This document shows, piece after piece, positions 50,688-61,015 of a DNA stretch of 64,000 bases. The position numbers and the translations under genes were made by a program. Numbering within the stretch: position 1 is the first letter of the stretch; the number at the start of each line of letters is the position of its first letter. Source of the stretch: Spirochaetia bacterium (GTDB lineage: Bacteria; Spirochaetota; Spirochaetia; UBA9216); contig OZ223265.1 in assembly GCA_965140585.1 (NCBI GenBank), positions 64,001-128,000 on the forward strand, given 5' to 3'. The notes beneath the pieces are model-generated. The model saw only the letters and a program-made list of their open reading frames with translations. It did not search any database and had not been told where the DNA came from.

Positions 50688-51413
50688 TTACTTAAAAAGA
50701 TTCCAGCAGCCTTTAAGGGAATCCGACTGTAAAGATTTTTCAAGAAGCTTCAGAAAGGTTTTTCTGGGTATTTCTTCTGCACCAAGCGACTCAAGATGAG
50801 GTGTTTTAACCTGGCAGTCTATTGCTTTAAAACCTGCTTCCTGAAGTTTCAAAACGAGGCTTATAAACCCGGCCTTTGAAGCATCAGAGACCCTTGCAAA
50901 CATCGATTCACCGAAAAACATGGATCCGATTGAAACACCGTAAAGCCCTCCTACAGGCTCTTCCGGGCACTCACCTGCCGTTGACAGGAATACTTCCACA
51001 GAATGCGCCCAACCAAGCCTGTGAAGCTCTGTATAGGCTTCAATCATCTCAGGGTGAATCCAGGTGCCATCCTCATGGCTTCGTTTTATCGAGGAGCAGG
51101 AGTTAATCACTTTTTCAAAGCAGGTATCGCTTTTTACAATAAACTTACACGAGTCAAGTGTACGCTTCATACGTTTTGAGATATGCAGTCGGTCTGTATA
51201 AAGAATGAATCGAGGATCAGGATTCCACCAAAGAATTTCATTACCTTCTCCATACCAGGGAAAAGCCCCCTGGCTGTAGGCTGAAAGAAGCATCCCCGGA
51301 GACAAATTACCTCCTGCAGCAATTATCCCCTCCCTGATAGAACGCTGAGGTTTGGGAAATTCAAGGAATTCTGATTCAGTCAGATAAGGAAAATCGTTAT
51401 CGGCACTGCTCAT
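50688..51413 (-). CDS. aat: Leucyl/phenylalanyl-tRNA--protein transferase
   Basis: AYSQGAFPW, WWNPDPR, AHSVE, FFGESMF, DASK. Confidence 0.95.
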   Translation of the reverse strand: MSSADNDFPYLTESEFLEFPKPQRSIREGIIAAGGNLSPGMLLSAYSQGAFPWYGEGNEILWWNPDPRFILYTDRLHISKRMKRTLDSCKFIVKSDTCFEKVINSCSSIKRSHEDGTWIHPEMIEAYTELHRLGWAHSVEVFLSTAGECPEEPVGGLYGVSIGSMFFGESMFARVSDASKAGFISLVLKLQEAGFKAIDCQVKTPHLESLGAEEIPRKTFLKLLEKSLQSDSLKGCWNLFK

Positions 51414-53692
51414 AGAACATTGATGGATATTTTTCCGTTGCTAAAGTCAGCCTCGGCTTTTCCACCGTTAACAAGACTTCCAAACAGGACTTCATCGACA
51501 AAGAAAGATTTAATTTCATCCTGAATAAGTCTTGAGATATTCCTGGCACCAAATTCAACCGAATAGCCTTTTTCTGCAAGATGCGCCCTGCATGCAGCAC
51601 TGACTGTCAACCCCACATTCCGGGAAGCAAGCTGATCGATAAAAAGCCCAAGTTCCTTATCAACAATTTTAAGAATAACTTCCTGTGGCAGCCTGTTGAA
51701 GGCTATAACAGCATCAAGTCTGTTTCGGAACTCCGGTGGAAATATCCGATCAACAGCATCATTTATTGCGCTTCCGTTTATCTCACGTTCCCCGAATCCT
51801 ATCATCGGCCGTCCAAGGTCGCGGGCACCGGCATTTGATGTCATTATTATAATAACATTTCTAAAATCAGCCTTCTTTCCGTTGTTATCGGTTAGGGTCG
51901 CATAATCCATTATCTGTAGCATCACATTATAAATGTCCTGATGAGCTTTCTCCATTTCATCAAGCAGCAGAACACAGTGCGGAGTCCGTCTGATTGTGTC
52001 TGTAAGCTGTCCGCCCTCTTCAAATCCAACATATCCGGGAGGCGAACCGATAAGTCTTGCAACTGTATGCTTTTCCTGATACTCACTCATATCAAAGCGG
52101 TGCAGGGGTACCGCAAGCGCATCTGCGAGACACTTTGCAGTTTCTGTCTTACCGACTCCGGTTGGTCCTGCAAACAGAAATGAAGCGACCGGTTTATCAG
52201 GACTGCCGAATCCGGCTCTGCCACGTTTCACAGCCTTTGCTACTGCTGCAACGGCCTCCTGTTGTCCGTAGATGTTGGTAGTAAGTTCGTTTTCAAGTTC
52301 CTTAAGTTTTACGGCTTCACTTGAACTTACACTCTGCTCAGGAACACCGGCAATGCGTGAAACTATCTTTTCAACTTCAGAAGATGTGACCTTATGCGGA
52401 GAATTGTAATGAACCCTCATATATGCAGCTGCTTCATCTATCACATCAATTGCAGAATCAGGATGAAAGCGGTCATTTATAAACTGATGAGAAAGCTCAA
52501 CAGCTGATTTCAAAGCATCTTCGGTATAGCTGACACCATGATGTTCTTCAAATCCCCGCTGAAGCCCCCGCAGGATATCCAGAGTTTCTTCAGGACTGGT
52601 CTCAGGCACATCGATTTTCTGAAAACGTCTAAGAAGAGCCCGCTCTTTTTCAAAGAACTTTCTATACTCTTCATGCGTTGTGGAACCGATACAGCGAATC
52701 CTGCCTGATGCCAGGACGGGCTTCAGAATATTGGCAGCATCCATGGTTCCGCCGGAGACTGCGCCTGCACCTATAATAGTGTGAATTTCATCTATAAAAA
52801 GTATTACCTTTTCAATATTTTCAAGCTCGGAAATAATTGCCTTAAGCCTTTCTTCAAAATCTCCCCGGAATCTTGTTCCGGCAACAACGCTCCCCATATC
52901 CAACGAGAAAACCCTGTAATCTTTCAGGAACTCGGGACAACTATCAGAAACAACCTGCAGCGCAACTCCTTCAGCTAAAGCAGTCTTCCCGGTACCGGGG
53001 TCTCCGACAAGCAGGGGATTATTCTTGTAACGGCGGCACAGAACCTCGGAAAGCCGTTCAAGCAGCTGAACACGTCCGATAAGAGGCTGTACTTTGCCGG
53101 AGGCCGCATCGTCTGTAAGATCCCGCGCATAGGTTTCAAGGAAAGATTTTTTGGCTTTTCCGGTTTCACTTTTTTTCTGATTATCTGTTTCTGCTGAATG
53201 TCTAAGAGGCTCAGAACCATGCTTTTCCGGTTCAAGCTCTGCTGTGTCAAACAGCAAATCTTCATCGTCCTCATAAATTCCATGCGAGATTGTATCCAGA
53301 AGATTGAACCTGTTAAGCCCGGCCTTCTTAAGGTAGTATGAACCGAAAGATTTCTCCTCATCAAAGATGGAGACTAGAATATCGCCTAGATCAAGCATCT
53401 TCTTCTGTGAATCCTCGGTGTGCATCACTGCTCGCTCAATTACATCCTGAAAGCCGACTGTCTGAATGGGCTCACTGCCGTCAGCCACAGGTATATTGAA
53501 TTTGAGATGCTCTTCAAGTTCAAGACGTAGCTCATCCGGCTCAAGACCGCAGCCGCTGATAATTTTACGTGTAAAATCAAAATATAAAGATGCGTATAGT
53601 ATGTGTTCAGGTGTTATATATTCGTGCTTGCGTTCTCTGGCATCAAGATATGCCGCGTTTAGCATACCCTGAACGTCTTCACTGATTTCCAT
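51410..53692 (-). CDS. clpA: ATP-dependent Clp protease ATP-binding subunit ClpA
   Basis: Two AAA modules (GDPGTGKT, GPTGVGKT), no M-domain, GYVGF, directly after clpS. Confidence 0.93.
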   Translation of the reverse strand: MEISEDVQGMLNAAYLDARERKHEYITPEHILYASLYFDFTRKIISGCGLEPDELRLELEEHLKFNIPVADGSEPIQTVGFQDVIERAVMHTEDSQKKMLDLGDILVSIFDEEKSFGSYYLKKAGLNRFNLLDTISHGIYEDDEDLLFDTAELEPEKHGSEPLRHSAETDNQKKSETGKAKKSFLETYARDLTDDAASGKVQPLIGRVQLLERLSEVLCRRYKNNPLLVGDPGTGKTALAEGVALQVVSDSCPEFLKDYRVFSLDMGSVVAGTRFRGDFEERLKAIISELENIEKVILFIDEIHTIIGAGAVSGGTMDAANILKPVLASGRIRCIGSTTHEEYRKFFEKERALLRRFQKIDVPETSPEETLDILRGLQRGFEEHHGVSYTEDALKSAVELSHQFINDRFHPDSAIDVIDEAAAYMRVHYNSPHKVTSSEVEKIVSRIAGVPEQSVSSSEAVKLKELENELTTNIYGQQEAVAAVAKAVKRGRAGFGSPDKPVASFLFAGPTGVGKTETAKCLADALAVPLHRFDMSEYQEKHTVARLIGSPPGYVGFEEGGQLTDTIRRTPHCVLLLDEMEKAHQDIYNVMLQIMDYATLTDNNGKKADFRNVIIIMTSNAGARDLGRPMIGFGEREINGSAINDAVDRIFPPEFRNRLDAVIAFNRLPQEVILKIVDKELGLFIDQLASRNVGLTVSAACRAHLAEKGYSVEFGARNISRLIQDEIKSFFVDEVLFGSLVNGGKAEADFSNGKISINVL

Positions 53693-54003
53693 TAAGCCCT
53701 CTCAATTGTACAGCGCAGCGGGTATTCATCATGTTTTGCCATGCCTTTAACCTGCTCTATCTTGGTAGCCGCTATATCATAGATGTAAACTCCGGCTATC
53801 CCTTTTCCTTTCTTATGGACTTCTAACATAATTTTTGTAGCTTCTGCCGGGTTTTTATGGAAGATCTTTCTAAGAACCTCTACAACAAAATCCATCGGGG
53901 TATAGTGATCATTTAAAAGAATAACCTTATACATATCCGGTGAATCCAGTTTAATACCGGACTCGGTTGCCAGACTGGTGCCTGTATCGTGATCTTCCGT
54001 CAT
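53692..54003 (-). CDS. clpS: Clp protease adaptor ClpS
   Basis: YKVILLNDHYTPMDFV, YPLRC. Confidence 0.96.
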   Translation of the reverse strand: MTEDHDTGTSLATESGIKLDSPDMYKVILLNDHYTPMDFVVEVLRKIFHKNPAEATKIMLEVHKKGKGIAGVYIYDIAATKIEQVKGMAKHDEYPLRCTIERA

Positions 54004-54191
54004 ATATTATAAATAATATCGCAAATCGAAACAATTTCATATAATTTTCCGAATATATCAGATTAAATTCTGCTAATTTGAACCCACAAAAGTTCCATTG
54101 TATTACACATTTAAAAATGGACATAAGTTTGGATACCCCATATAATAAGCAAAGTTTTGCACAGCAATGATTATTAAATAAGGAAGGGAAA

Positions 54192-55877
54192 ATGAAAAAG
54201 AGAGTAAAATTCATGGTTACCGCTTTTCGTGACGGATTCCAGTCCGCCTACGGTGCCAGAGTTTTCACAAAGGATTTTCTACCGGCGGTAGAAGCCTGCG
54301 TTGATGCCGGAATGGATCATTTCGAAGCCGGCGGAGGGGCAAGGTTTCAGTCTCTGTACTTCTACTGCAATGAAGATGCCTTTGATATGATGGATGCGTT
54401 CAGAGCTGCTGCAGGTCCTGATGCAAACCTCCAGACTCTTGCGAGGGGCGTCAATGTAGTAGGTCTTGATTCGCAGCCGAGGGATATCATAAAACTGCAC
54501 GCTCAGCTGTTTAAAAAGCATGGTATTACTACTATCAGAAACTTTGATGCACTCAATGATGTAAATAACCTCATTGACAGCGGAAAGGCTATCCACGAAG
54601 CGGGACTTAAACATGAGGTATGTGTCACGCTCATGGAACTTCCTCCGGGAGCTACCGGAGCCCACACTTCAGATTTTTACATTAATACTTTAAAAGGTAT
54701 TCTGGATGCCGGAATTCCTTACGATTCTGTATGTTTCAAGGATGCCTCCGGAACAGCGGTACCAAGCAAAGTATATGATACTATTAAAAAGGCAAGAGCG
54801 CTTCTGGGGCCTGATACAAACATAGTATTTCATTCTCATGAAACAGCTGGAATCAGTGTAACAGGATACAAGGCGGCACTTGAGGCAGGTGCAGACCAGA
54901 TTGACCTTTCTCTCTCTCCGGTCAGCGGAGGAACCTGCCAGCCTGATGTTATAACAATGTGGCATGCTCTTCGCGGCACCGACTTTGATCTTGGAGTGGA
55001 TATCAACAAGGTTATTAAAGCCGAAGATGTGTTCAAAGACTGCATGAAAGACTATTTCAAGCCGCCTGAGTCAGAAAAGGTTGAACCGATAATTCCATTT
55101 TCACCAATGCCCGGCGGAGCACTCACTGCCAATACACAGATGATGAGAGACAACAACTGCCTAGATAAATTCGGTGAGGTTATACTTGCCATGAAAGAAG
55201 TTGTTGAAAAAGGCGGTTTCGGAACATCAGTCACCCCGGTATCCCAGTTTTACTTTCAGCAGGCCTTCAGCAATGTTATGTTCGGCCCATGGAAAAAAGT
55301 AGCTGACGGATACGGTAAAATGGTACTTGGATACTTCGGGAAAACCCCGGTAGAACCCGATCCGGAAATTAAAAAACTCTGCCAGGAAAAACTTGGACTT
55401 GAACCGACAGACAGAAAGGTTGTAGATATCAATGATGAAGATTCATCAAAGGGAATTGCAGCCGCAACAAAACTGCTTGAGGATGCCAGCCTCCCTGTAA
55501 ATGATGAGAACATTTTTATCGCTGCTGCATGTAAAGAAAAAGGTATAACCTTTCTTAAAGGTGAAGCAAGTACAATGGTCAGAAAAAACACCCAACATGA
55601 GGCGGCACAGCCGGCTGTACAGGCAAAACCGGCAGCCGCAAAAACTGCCCCAAAAGCAGCAGGCGGTAGCAGTATAGTAGCCAGGGTTCCCGGTACTATA
55701 TCAAGAATTTATAAGAAAGCAGGAGACCCTGTTGCATACGGTGAACCAATAATGGTTTATAAGGCAGATAACTTTGAAGTTGAGATACCTTCTAATGTGA
55801 CCGGAACTGTTAAATCTATTGATGTCGCTATCGGAGCCGCAGTAGCCGGCAACAGTCTAGTTGCAACTATAGGCTGA
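54192..55877 (+). CDS. Carboxyltransferase (pyruvate carboxylase subunit B / oxaloacetate decarboxylase alpha-like) with degenerate biotinyl domain
   Basis: FRDGFQS, GGGARF, FKDASG, HSH, MPGG, VTPVSQ; Ala/Pro linker then biotinyl fold without MKM. Confidence 0.88.
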   Translation: MKKRVKFMVTAFRDGFQSAYGARVFTKDFLPAVEACVDAGMDHFEAGGGARFQSLYFYCNEDAFDMMDAFRAAAGPDANLQTLARGVNVVGLDSQPRDIIKLHAQLFKKHGITTIRNFDALNDVNNLIDSGKAIHEAGLKHEVCVTLMELPPGATGAHTSDFYINTLKGILDAGIPYDSVCFKDASGTAVPSKVYDTIKKARALLGPDTNIVFHSHETAGISVTGYKAALEAGADQIDLSLSPVSGGTCQPDVITMWHALRGTDFDLGVDINKVIKAEDVFKDCMKDYFKPPESEKVEPIIPFSPMPGGALTANTQMMRDNNCLDKFGEVILAMKEVVEKGGFGTSVTPVSQFYFQQAFSNVMFGPWKKVADGYGKMVLGYFGKTPVEPDPEIKKLCQEKLGLEPTDRKVVDINDEDSSKGIAAATKLLEDASLPVNDENIFIAAACKEKGITFLKGEASTMVRKNTQHEAAQPAVQAKPAAAKTAPKAAGGSSIVARVPGTISRIYKKAGDPVAYGEPIMVYKADNFEVEIPSNVTGTVKSIDVAIGAAVAGNSLVATIG

Positions 55878-55892
55878 TACTGAAAAATCTAA

Positions 55893-55927
55893 TAAAAAAA
55901 CGCTGCATCTATTTGCAGCGTTTTTTT
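55893..55927. terminator. Bidirectional intrinsic terminator
   Basis: AAAAAAACGCTGCA/TGCAGCGTTTTTTT. Confidence 0.88.
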
Positions 55928-55997
55928 ATTACTAACTGATTCTATTTATCAGAAATAATTTCAAAACTAACCGTGTTATGAAGAAAGCTCATCCTTT

Positions 55998-57494
55998 TCA
56001 GATTAAATCATTTATCTCAGTGAGCAGCTTCTCAGAATCTCTTCTAAACAGATAAACGACATCAAGAGAACCTACAATTTCAGAGGCCGGCTTCACAGCT
56101 TTCATAAACAGGCTGGAAGATATGTATTCGGCTACCCTTTCTTCAGTCGCAATTGCATCAATATTATTCCAGATTAGATGAACCATCCCCTGGATATCAT
56201 TATCAAATTCTACTGGTTCAGCTCCGAGATTAGCAACAATACCGCCAGTAAATGAACCCCGCTGAACACCTACCCGCCTTCCTTTAAAATAATCAGAAGA
56301 GTGGCTGCCGCCTTCTATATTGTAAAATCGCACATTGAACTTTTCATAAGGAATTGAAGCGATCACCGGTTCATTGTCAAAGAAGGTATTAGGCCATCCA
56401 ACATTGAGAAGCATATCAAGTCTGCCGTCCAGAAGCATGGGATACAGTTCACCCCACTGTCCCCCGTAAAAATATGACTGATAACGTCCTTTCTGAAGAA
56501 GACCTTTCAGATGAGCGACACTGATCCCTGCAGCCTCCCCTCCTGATATATGAGTCCATGGCGGATAAGCGATGTCATGTCCAATCCTGATAAGACTTTC
56601 TGTCTCAGAGGTTCCGGCTCCTGATGCATTATCTACATCACCAAGTTCGCCGAGTAGAGTTGAAATCGACTTACCAGCTTCCTGATATACTTTAACTACT
56701 TCGCCGATAAAGGGTGCGTTCTTCTCTGTAAAGACCCCGGTCTGGTGTATAGTCTCAAGTGAATCAAGCAGTGATGAAGTACTCATTGCCTGTTCTTCAA
56801 CAAGCCTGTTGATTGAACCGATTTCATGGTCAATACTCTCCAGCTCGCCGGCAGATTCAGAAAGCCTTGTGTTTGTGGAGCTGATACTATCCAGGACCTG
56901 CTGCTGGTTAGCTCCGTATTCCCGCATGAAGTCTTCTGCATCGTTAATTCTTCCGTTAACTTCTTTAATAACATCAATAATTTCATCAGTATTCACCCGG
57001 CTACGGTCGGCAAGCTTACGAATTTCTTTGGCAACGACCTGAAATCCCTTCCCCTGGGCTCCGGCTCTTGCAGCCTCTATTGCAGCATTAAGAGCAAGCA
57101 GATTAGTAAGTTCGGAAATATCTTCAATTACATCAATTCTGTCTGCAATAGTCTTGATTGATTGATCAAGTGATTCAAACATCTCGACAAGCCGTTTATA
57201 TCCGGAGTCGAGTTTTCCAACAGAATCAGCCGCGGAATTCATTGCAGAAATATTGCTCTGTGATGTTTCAATATTACGCTGAATAGATCCGGAAGATCTG
57301 TTGACAAGCTTAACAACATCACCAGCATTTTCATTTACACTCTTTAAGTTGCTGTTAGCTGAGTCAATAAGCTTTTGAATGGACGAACTTGATTTCAGGT
57401 ATTCTTCCTGAAACATCATAATGATATTAAAAATCTGGTCTGATTCAATAAAGTTACTCTTAAGGCTGTTTGAAATTCCGGATAAATCTTTCAT
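55998..57494 (-). CDS. Soluble chemoreceptor with C-terminal amino-acid-type solute-binding domain
   Basis: [16 protein letters not shown]; no TM; [27 protein letters not shown]. Confidence 0.85.
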   Translation of the reverse strand: MKDLSGISNSLKSNFIESDQIFNIIMMFQEEYLKSSSSIQKLIDSANSNLKSVNENAGDVVKLVNRSSGSIQRNIETSQSNISAMNSAADSVGKLDSGYKRLVEMFESLDQSIKTIADRIDVIEDISELTNLLALNAAIEAARAGAQGKGFQVVAKEIRKLADRSRVNTDEIIDVIKEVNGRINDAEDFMREYGANQQQVLDSISSTNTRLSESAGELESIDHEIGSINRLVEEQAMSTSSLLDSLETIHQTGVFTEKNAPFIGEVVKVYQEAGKSISTLLGELGDVDNASGAGTSETESLIRIGHDIAYPPWTHISGGEAAGISVAHLKGLLQKGRYQSYFYGGQWGELYPMLLDGRLDMLLNVGWPNTFFDNEPVIASIPYEKFNVRFYNIEGGSHSSDYFKGRRVGVQRGSFTGGIVANLGAEPVEFDNDIQGMVHLIWNNIDAIATEERVAEYISSSLFMKAVKPASEIVGSLDVVYLFRRDSEKLLTEINDLI

Positions 57495-57611
57495 AGCTAA
57501 ACCGCGCTCTCCAAAGTGGGATATTTAACAACATTTATCAATCTGCAACCTTCAAAGAGTAAGTCTACCTATTATAAAACCCTAAGTCAACTTTTTTAAT
57601 AATCTGAATAC

Positions 57612-57640
57612 AAAAAGGCTGCCTGCAATTCAGGCAGCCT
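57612..57640 (-). terminator. Terminator after PEPCK
   Basis: AGGCTGCCTG/CAGGCAGCCT with U-run on minus strand. Confidence 0.8.
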
Positions 57641-57652
57641 GCTGTTATTTAA

Positions 57653-59641
57653 TCACGAGATCTTCGCACAGTACTTTTTCGCTACGGCATCAGTAAGCTG
57701 TGTCACGGAAACTACTGTACCAAAAGACTCTTTCAGAGAAGAAAGACCTTCTCTCTGTTCTGCATATACAGAGAATATCTTTTCCGGCACTCCTTCCTCC
57801 TTGCGGAAAGCATCTTCCTGCAGGTTTAGCCTTGCAATAATGTTATCTACATAAAAGGAAAACTGCCGGTCATACAGATCCTTGGAATATGATTTTCCTA
57901 TCCCGGCAAAAAGCTGTTTAAGATCTTCGTAATACGGAATATATCCGATAGGGGTCTCTATCGCTTCAACGTCTCCGTTAGCCCGCAGTTCAAGCCAGCC
58001 AAGCCATACCTTCACATCTTTCTTTTCCCCGAGAAGCTTTTTACCCACCCCACCACGGGCTCCTTCTGTCAGAAAATAGTTCAGTCCGGCCATAATAGGT
58101 TTATTTTTAAGCTTCGGACTGTTAAAAAAACGGAATTGGGCATTCATATAATCGCCCAGAGCTCCGGGAATGAAAGGCGCATTGGCCCAGGGTTGTCTTC
58201 TCACCCCTGATGCTCCAACCTCTGTTGCTGTTGCAGCTGAAACAATTGAAGCTCCTATAGCAACTCCGGCATCCATTGTCTTGGCGACCCAGACAGGTGG
58301 CATGGTATCTGCATCTCGCCCTGAATATGTAACAACCTGAACGTGAACCCCCTCAGGACTATCAGCAGCCTCCCTGTTATAATTATCAATAGAATCACAG
58401 ACCAGCGTACATCTTGAATTAGGATGCGACATAGGAACAGGTTTTCCGTTTTTATCTGTTTTGCCCTCAAACCATTCACCCTGAAAGTTCTCTCCTTTTG
58501 AAGGTACCGGTTCTCCATCACCGTTCCATCTGGGCTTGTTGTTTTCGTCTACAAGCACATTTGAAAAAATTACCGTTGTACCTTCCTGCCTCAACCTCTT
58601 CATAAGGAAGGGGTCTCCGGCCTGGTTGACGTCTTCAAGTATGCCGAATATCCCAGTCTCGGGATTAATGGCACGGAGGGTTCCGTTTTCTTCATTTATC
58701 CACATCTGAGCAAGATCATCACCTATGAAATCAGTGCCGACCATTGCAGTTGTGGTCTTTCCGCATCCTGACGGAGCTGCTCCGGCAAAGTAGGTCTTTC
58801 GACCTCCGGGACCGGTCATACCGGTTATAAACATGTGCTCTGACAATTCTTCTTCAATTTTAAAATATGTTGCCCTGTCTACAGCAAATCTGTGATTGCC
58901 CTTCTTTAAAAGCAAAGTATTCCCTGCATAAGTACAGAAAGTTGAGTAACAGGTCTGCCAGCTTCTATCCATATAGATTCTGGCTTTCGGTACATCTTCA
59001 GATCTATTTGTCCCCTGGCTATGAATATTGGTAAAAAAAGTACCGCAGCGTTCTGCTTCAGCATCAAAATCTTTATATACATTCCTGTATAGAAGCTCAC
59101 CTGAAGTCTGAACATAGGTAGAGGATGTTATCATTAAAGCAGGAATGGAAGCTTTAGCTCCTACCGGCCCTCTATTTAGAAAGGCTACATACATAGTAAG
59201 TCCCTTCATAATCCCTTTCATATACTCTCTTACATAATTATTCGCATCAATCCGTGATTCTTTCTTAGCAATCGAGCTGATATCTTCATCCTCATTAACG
59301 ATGTAAAATGTCTGGTCCACAAGACGCCCCTGATCTTCAGGAAGATCAAAATGTATTGTATGTCCCTTGATCTCAAGTTTCTTCTCTTCACCTGTCTTCA
59401 GACTCTGCTCTTTAACATATACAGCATCGTCTTTTGAATCACTTATAACAAAAACAGAATCAGGTTCACACATTGAAATTGCATTTGCAATCTTAAGTAG
59501 AGCATCAGCGTTACTGATTTTATCCAGTTTTGCAAGATTTGAAGCATCCATATTTAATTTGAAAACAGACTTTGCAGTTTCAAGATTATGAATTCCGCCC
59601 ACATCAGAAAGGATATCAATCCCCTCCCTCATTTTTAACAT
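57653..59641 (-). CDS. pckG: Phosphoenolpyruvate carboxykinase (GTP)
   Basis: YAGN, EHM, PSGCGKT, GDD, AINPE.G, HPNSR. Confidence 0.92.
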   Translation of the reverse strand: MLKMREGIDILSDVGGIHNLETAKSVFKLNMDASNLAKLDKISNADALLKIANAISMCEPDSVFVISDSKDDAVYVKEQSLKTGEEKKLEIKGHTIHFDLPEDQGRLVDQTFYIVNEDEDISSIAKKESRIDANNYVREYMKGIMKGLTMYVAFLNRGPVGAKASIPALMITSSTYVQTSGELLYRNVYKDFDAEAERCGTFFTNIHSQGTNRSEDVPKARIYMDRSWQTCYSTFCTYAGNTLLLKKGNHRFAVDRATYFKIEEELSEHMFITGMTGPGGRKTYFAGAAPSGCGKTTTAMVGTDFIGDDLAQMWINEENGTLRAINPETGIFGILEDVNQAGDPFLMKRLRQEGTTVIFSNVLVDENNKPRWNGDGEPVPSKGENFQGEWFEGKTDKNGKPVPMSHPNSRCTLVCDSIDNYNREAADSPEGVHVQVVTYSGRDADTMPPVWVAKTMDAGVAIGASIVSAATATEVGASGVRRQPWANAPFIPGALGDYMNAQFRFFNSPKLKNKPIMAGLNYFLTEGARGGVGKKLLGEKKDVKVWLGWLELRANGDVEAIETPIGYIPYYEDLKQLFAGIGKSYSKDLYDRQFSFYVDNIIARLNLQEDAFRKEEGVPEKIFSVYAEQREGLSSLKESFGTVVSVTQLTDAVAKKYCAKIS

Positions 59642-59831
59642 AATCAGACCCCTTTCATAGAATTGTTTATAGTCAATATTTCACACAATACACTTATGTT
59701 TAGTCTAATTTAGAGTTAACAGATCAGTCAAGCAATTTCTAAACATATTTACACATATTCAGACATAAGTTCAATAAAAGAGATGAGATTGAAATTTTTC
59801 GGTGAATATTTACAGAATTACAGTTTTTGGT

Positions 59832-60701
59832 TCAGGGCTGAACTTCAAATTGGGGCGGCAAAACACTGGTTTCATGAAGATTATTATAAAACCAGGTCTC
59901 CATAGCACTCATCCGCCTGTAAAAGGCATCATAGGGATCGATAAATACTTTAACAAGTTCATCATTCTGCAGGACAGCTCCACAGTAGCCATAAATGAGT
60001 ATACAATCAGAGCACGGAATCACAATAAGAGAAACCTTCATCTCAAGGGCATAAACGACTTTAAACAATATCCCCAGATTCTCCTCATTGGTAAGCGTTA
60101 TCATTAATTCATCGCCTGCAGGCTGATAATCCAGCCTGTAAGTACTCTTGCCCATAGAATTTTCCTGCATAAAAAGATAAACCGAATCATCAAAGGGAAC
60201 TGCCACAGGCTCCGGATCCTCAATCCTGGTACGACTGTCAGGGCTGCTTATTCTGTAGGCTTTTTTAAAAAGAGTATCGTATTTTTTCCTCGTGGCTGAA
60301 TAATACTGAACACCCTCAAAAGTACTTACCTTTCTTGAAAGATTGTAGAGCTCGCGTGATGTATCCCTGCCCGGAGTCATCTCTGCCGGATACTGGACCT
60401 TGAAAAAAGCTTCAACAGTGATTTCAGGAGCAAGTTCTGAATGCAGACTCTTTATTCTACTGCTGAGTACTGAATCAGGCAGATATAAAAGACCATCCCC
60501 TTCTTCATCAAACCTGTAAACCTGCCCTTCCCGCTCAAGAACCGACGCTGCATCTTCCGGTAGACCGTAAATAATGCTGTTTGAATCAGTCATGCCGTAA
60601 TCGGCCCAGACGTTCGGCACGGTAAAAAAAACTGTGAAAAAAATAAATATGCTGAATATATTTCTGAAGTCTACTTTCATTTGAATTTCCACCTTAGCCA
60701 T
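59832..60701 (-). CDS. Exported hypothetical protein (DUF6675-like)
   Basis: Signal peptide; S.FEGVQYYS.TR motif. Confidence 0.6.
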   Translation of the reverse strand: MAKVEIQMKVDFRNIFSIFIFFTVFFTVPNVWADYGMTDSNSIIYGLPEDAASVLEREGQVYRFDEEGDGLLYLPDSVLSSRIKSLHSELAPEITVEAFFKVQYPAEMTPGRDTSRELYNLSRKVSTFEGVQYYSATRKKYDTLFKKAYRISSPDSRTRIEDPEPVAVPFDDSVYLFMQENSMGKSTYRLDYQPAGDELMITLTNEENLGILFKVVYALEMKVSLIVIPCSDCILIYGYCGAVLQNDELVKVFIDPYDAFYRRMSAMETWFYNNLHETSVLPPQFEVQP

Positions 60702-61015
60702 GGTCTGAATTTAATTACATATCCGCATTCTTTCGGCAGAAATCCTGCAAAAAGAGCATGAAAAATTGTCATAGGTATGCAGGTAGAACAGTCTTTAAAC
60801 CTGCTGTTGTAAACCAGACACTGCCCCGTCTCAATATTAAAGAATCTGCAGGTCCTTGAGAAATCTATGAAGTACTTTCGGTTTACCGACAGTCTGCCTT
60901 TCGGGAATTCAGATTCGGATTTGTAAAAAGATTTGGGGTATTTTTCACAGCAGCACTGACCGCAGCCGTTACAGTACGACTCCCAGCGCCGTTTAAACTT
61001 GCCTGGCATTATCAA
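60677..61015 (-). CDS. YcgN/YkgJ-like cysteine cluster protein
   Basis: WESYCNGCGQCC, CRFF, CLVY, LPKECGY. Confidence 0.82.
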   Translation of the reverse strand: MIMPGKFKRRWESYCNGCGQCCCEKYPKSFYKSESEFPKGRLSVNRKYFIDFSRTCRFFNIETGQCLVYNSRFKDCSTCIPMTIFHALFAGFLPKECGYVIKFRPWLRWKFK

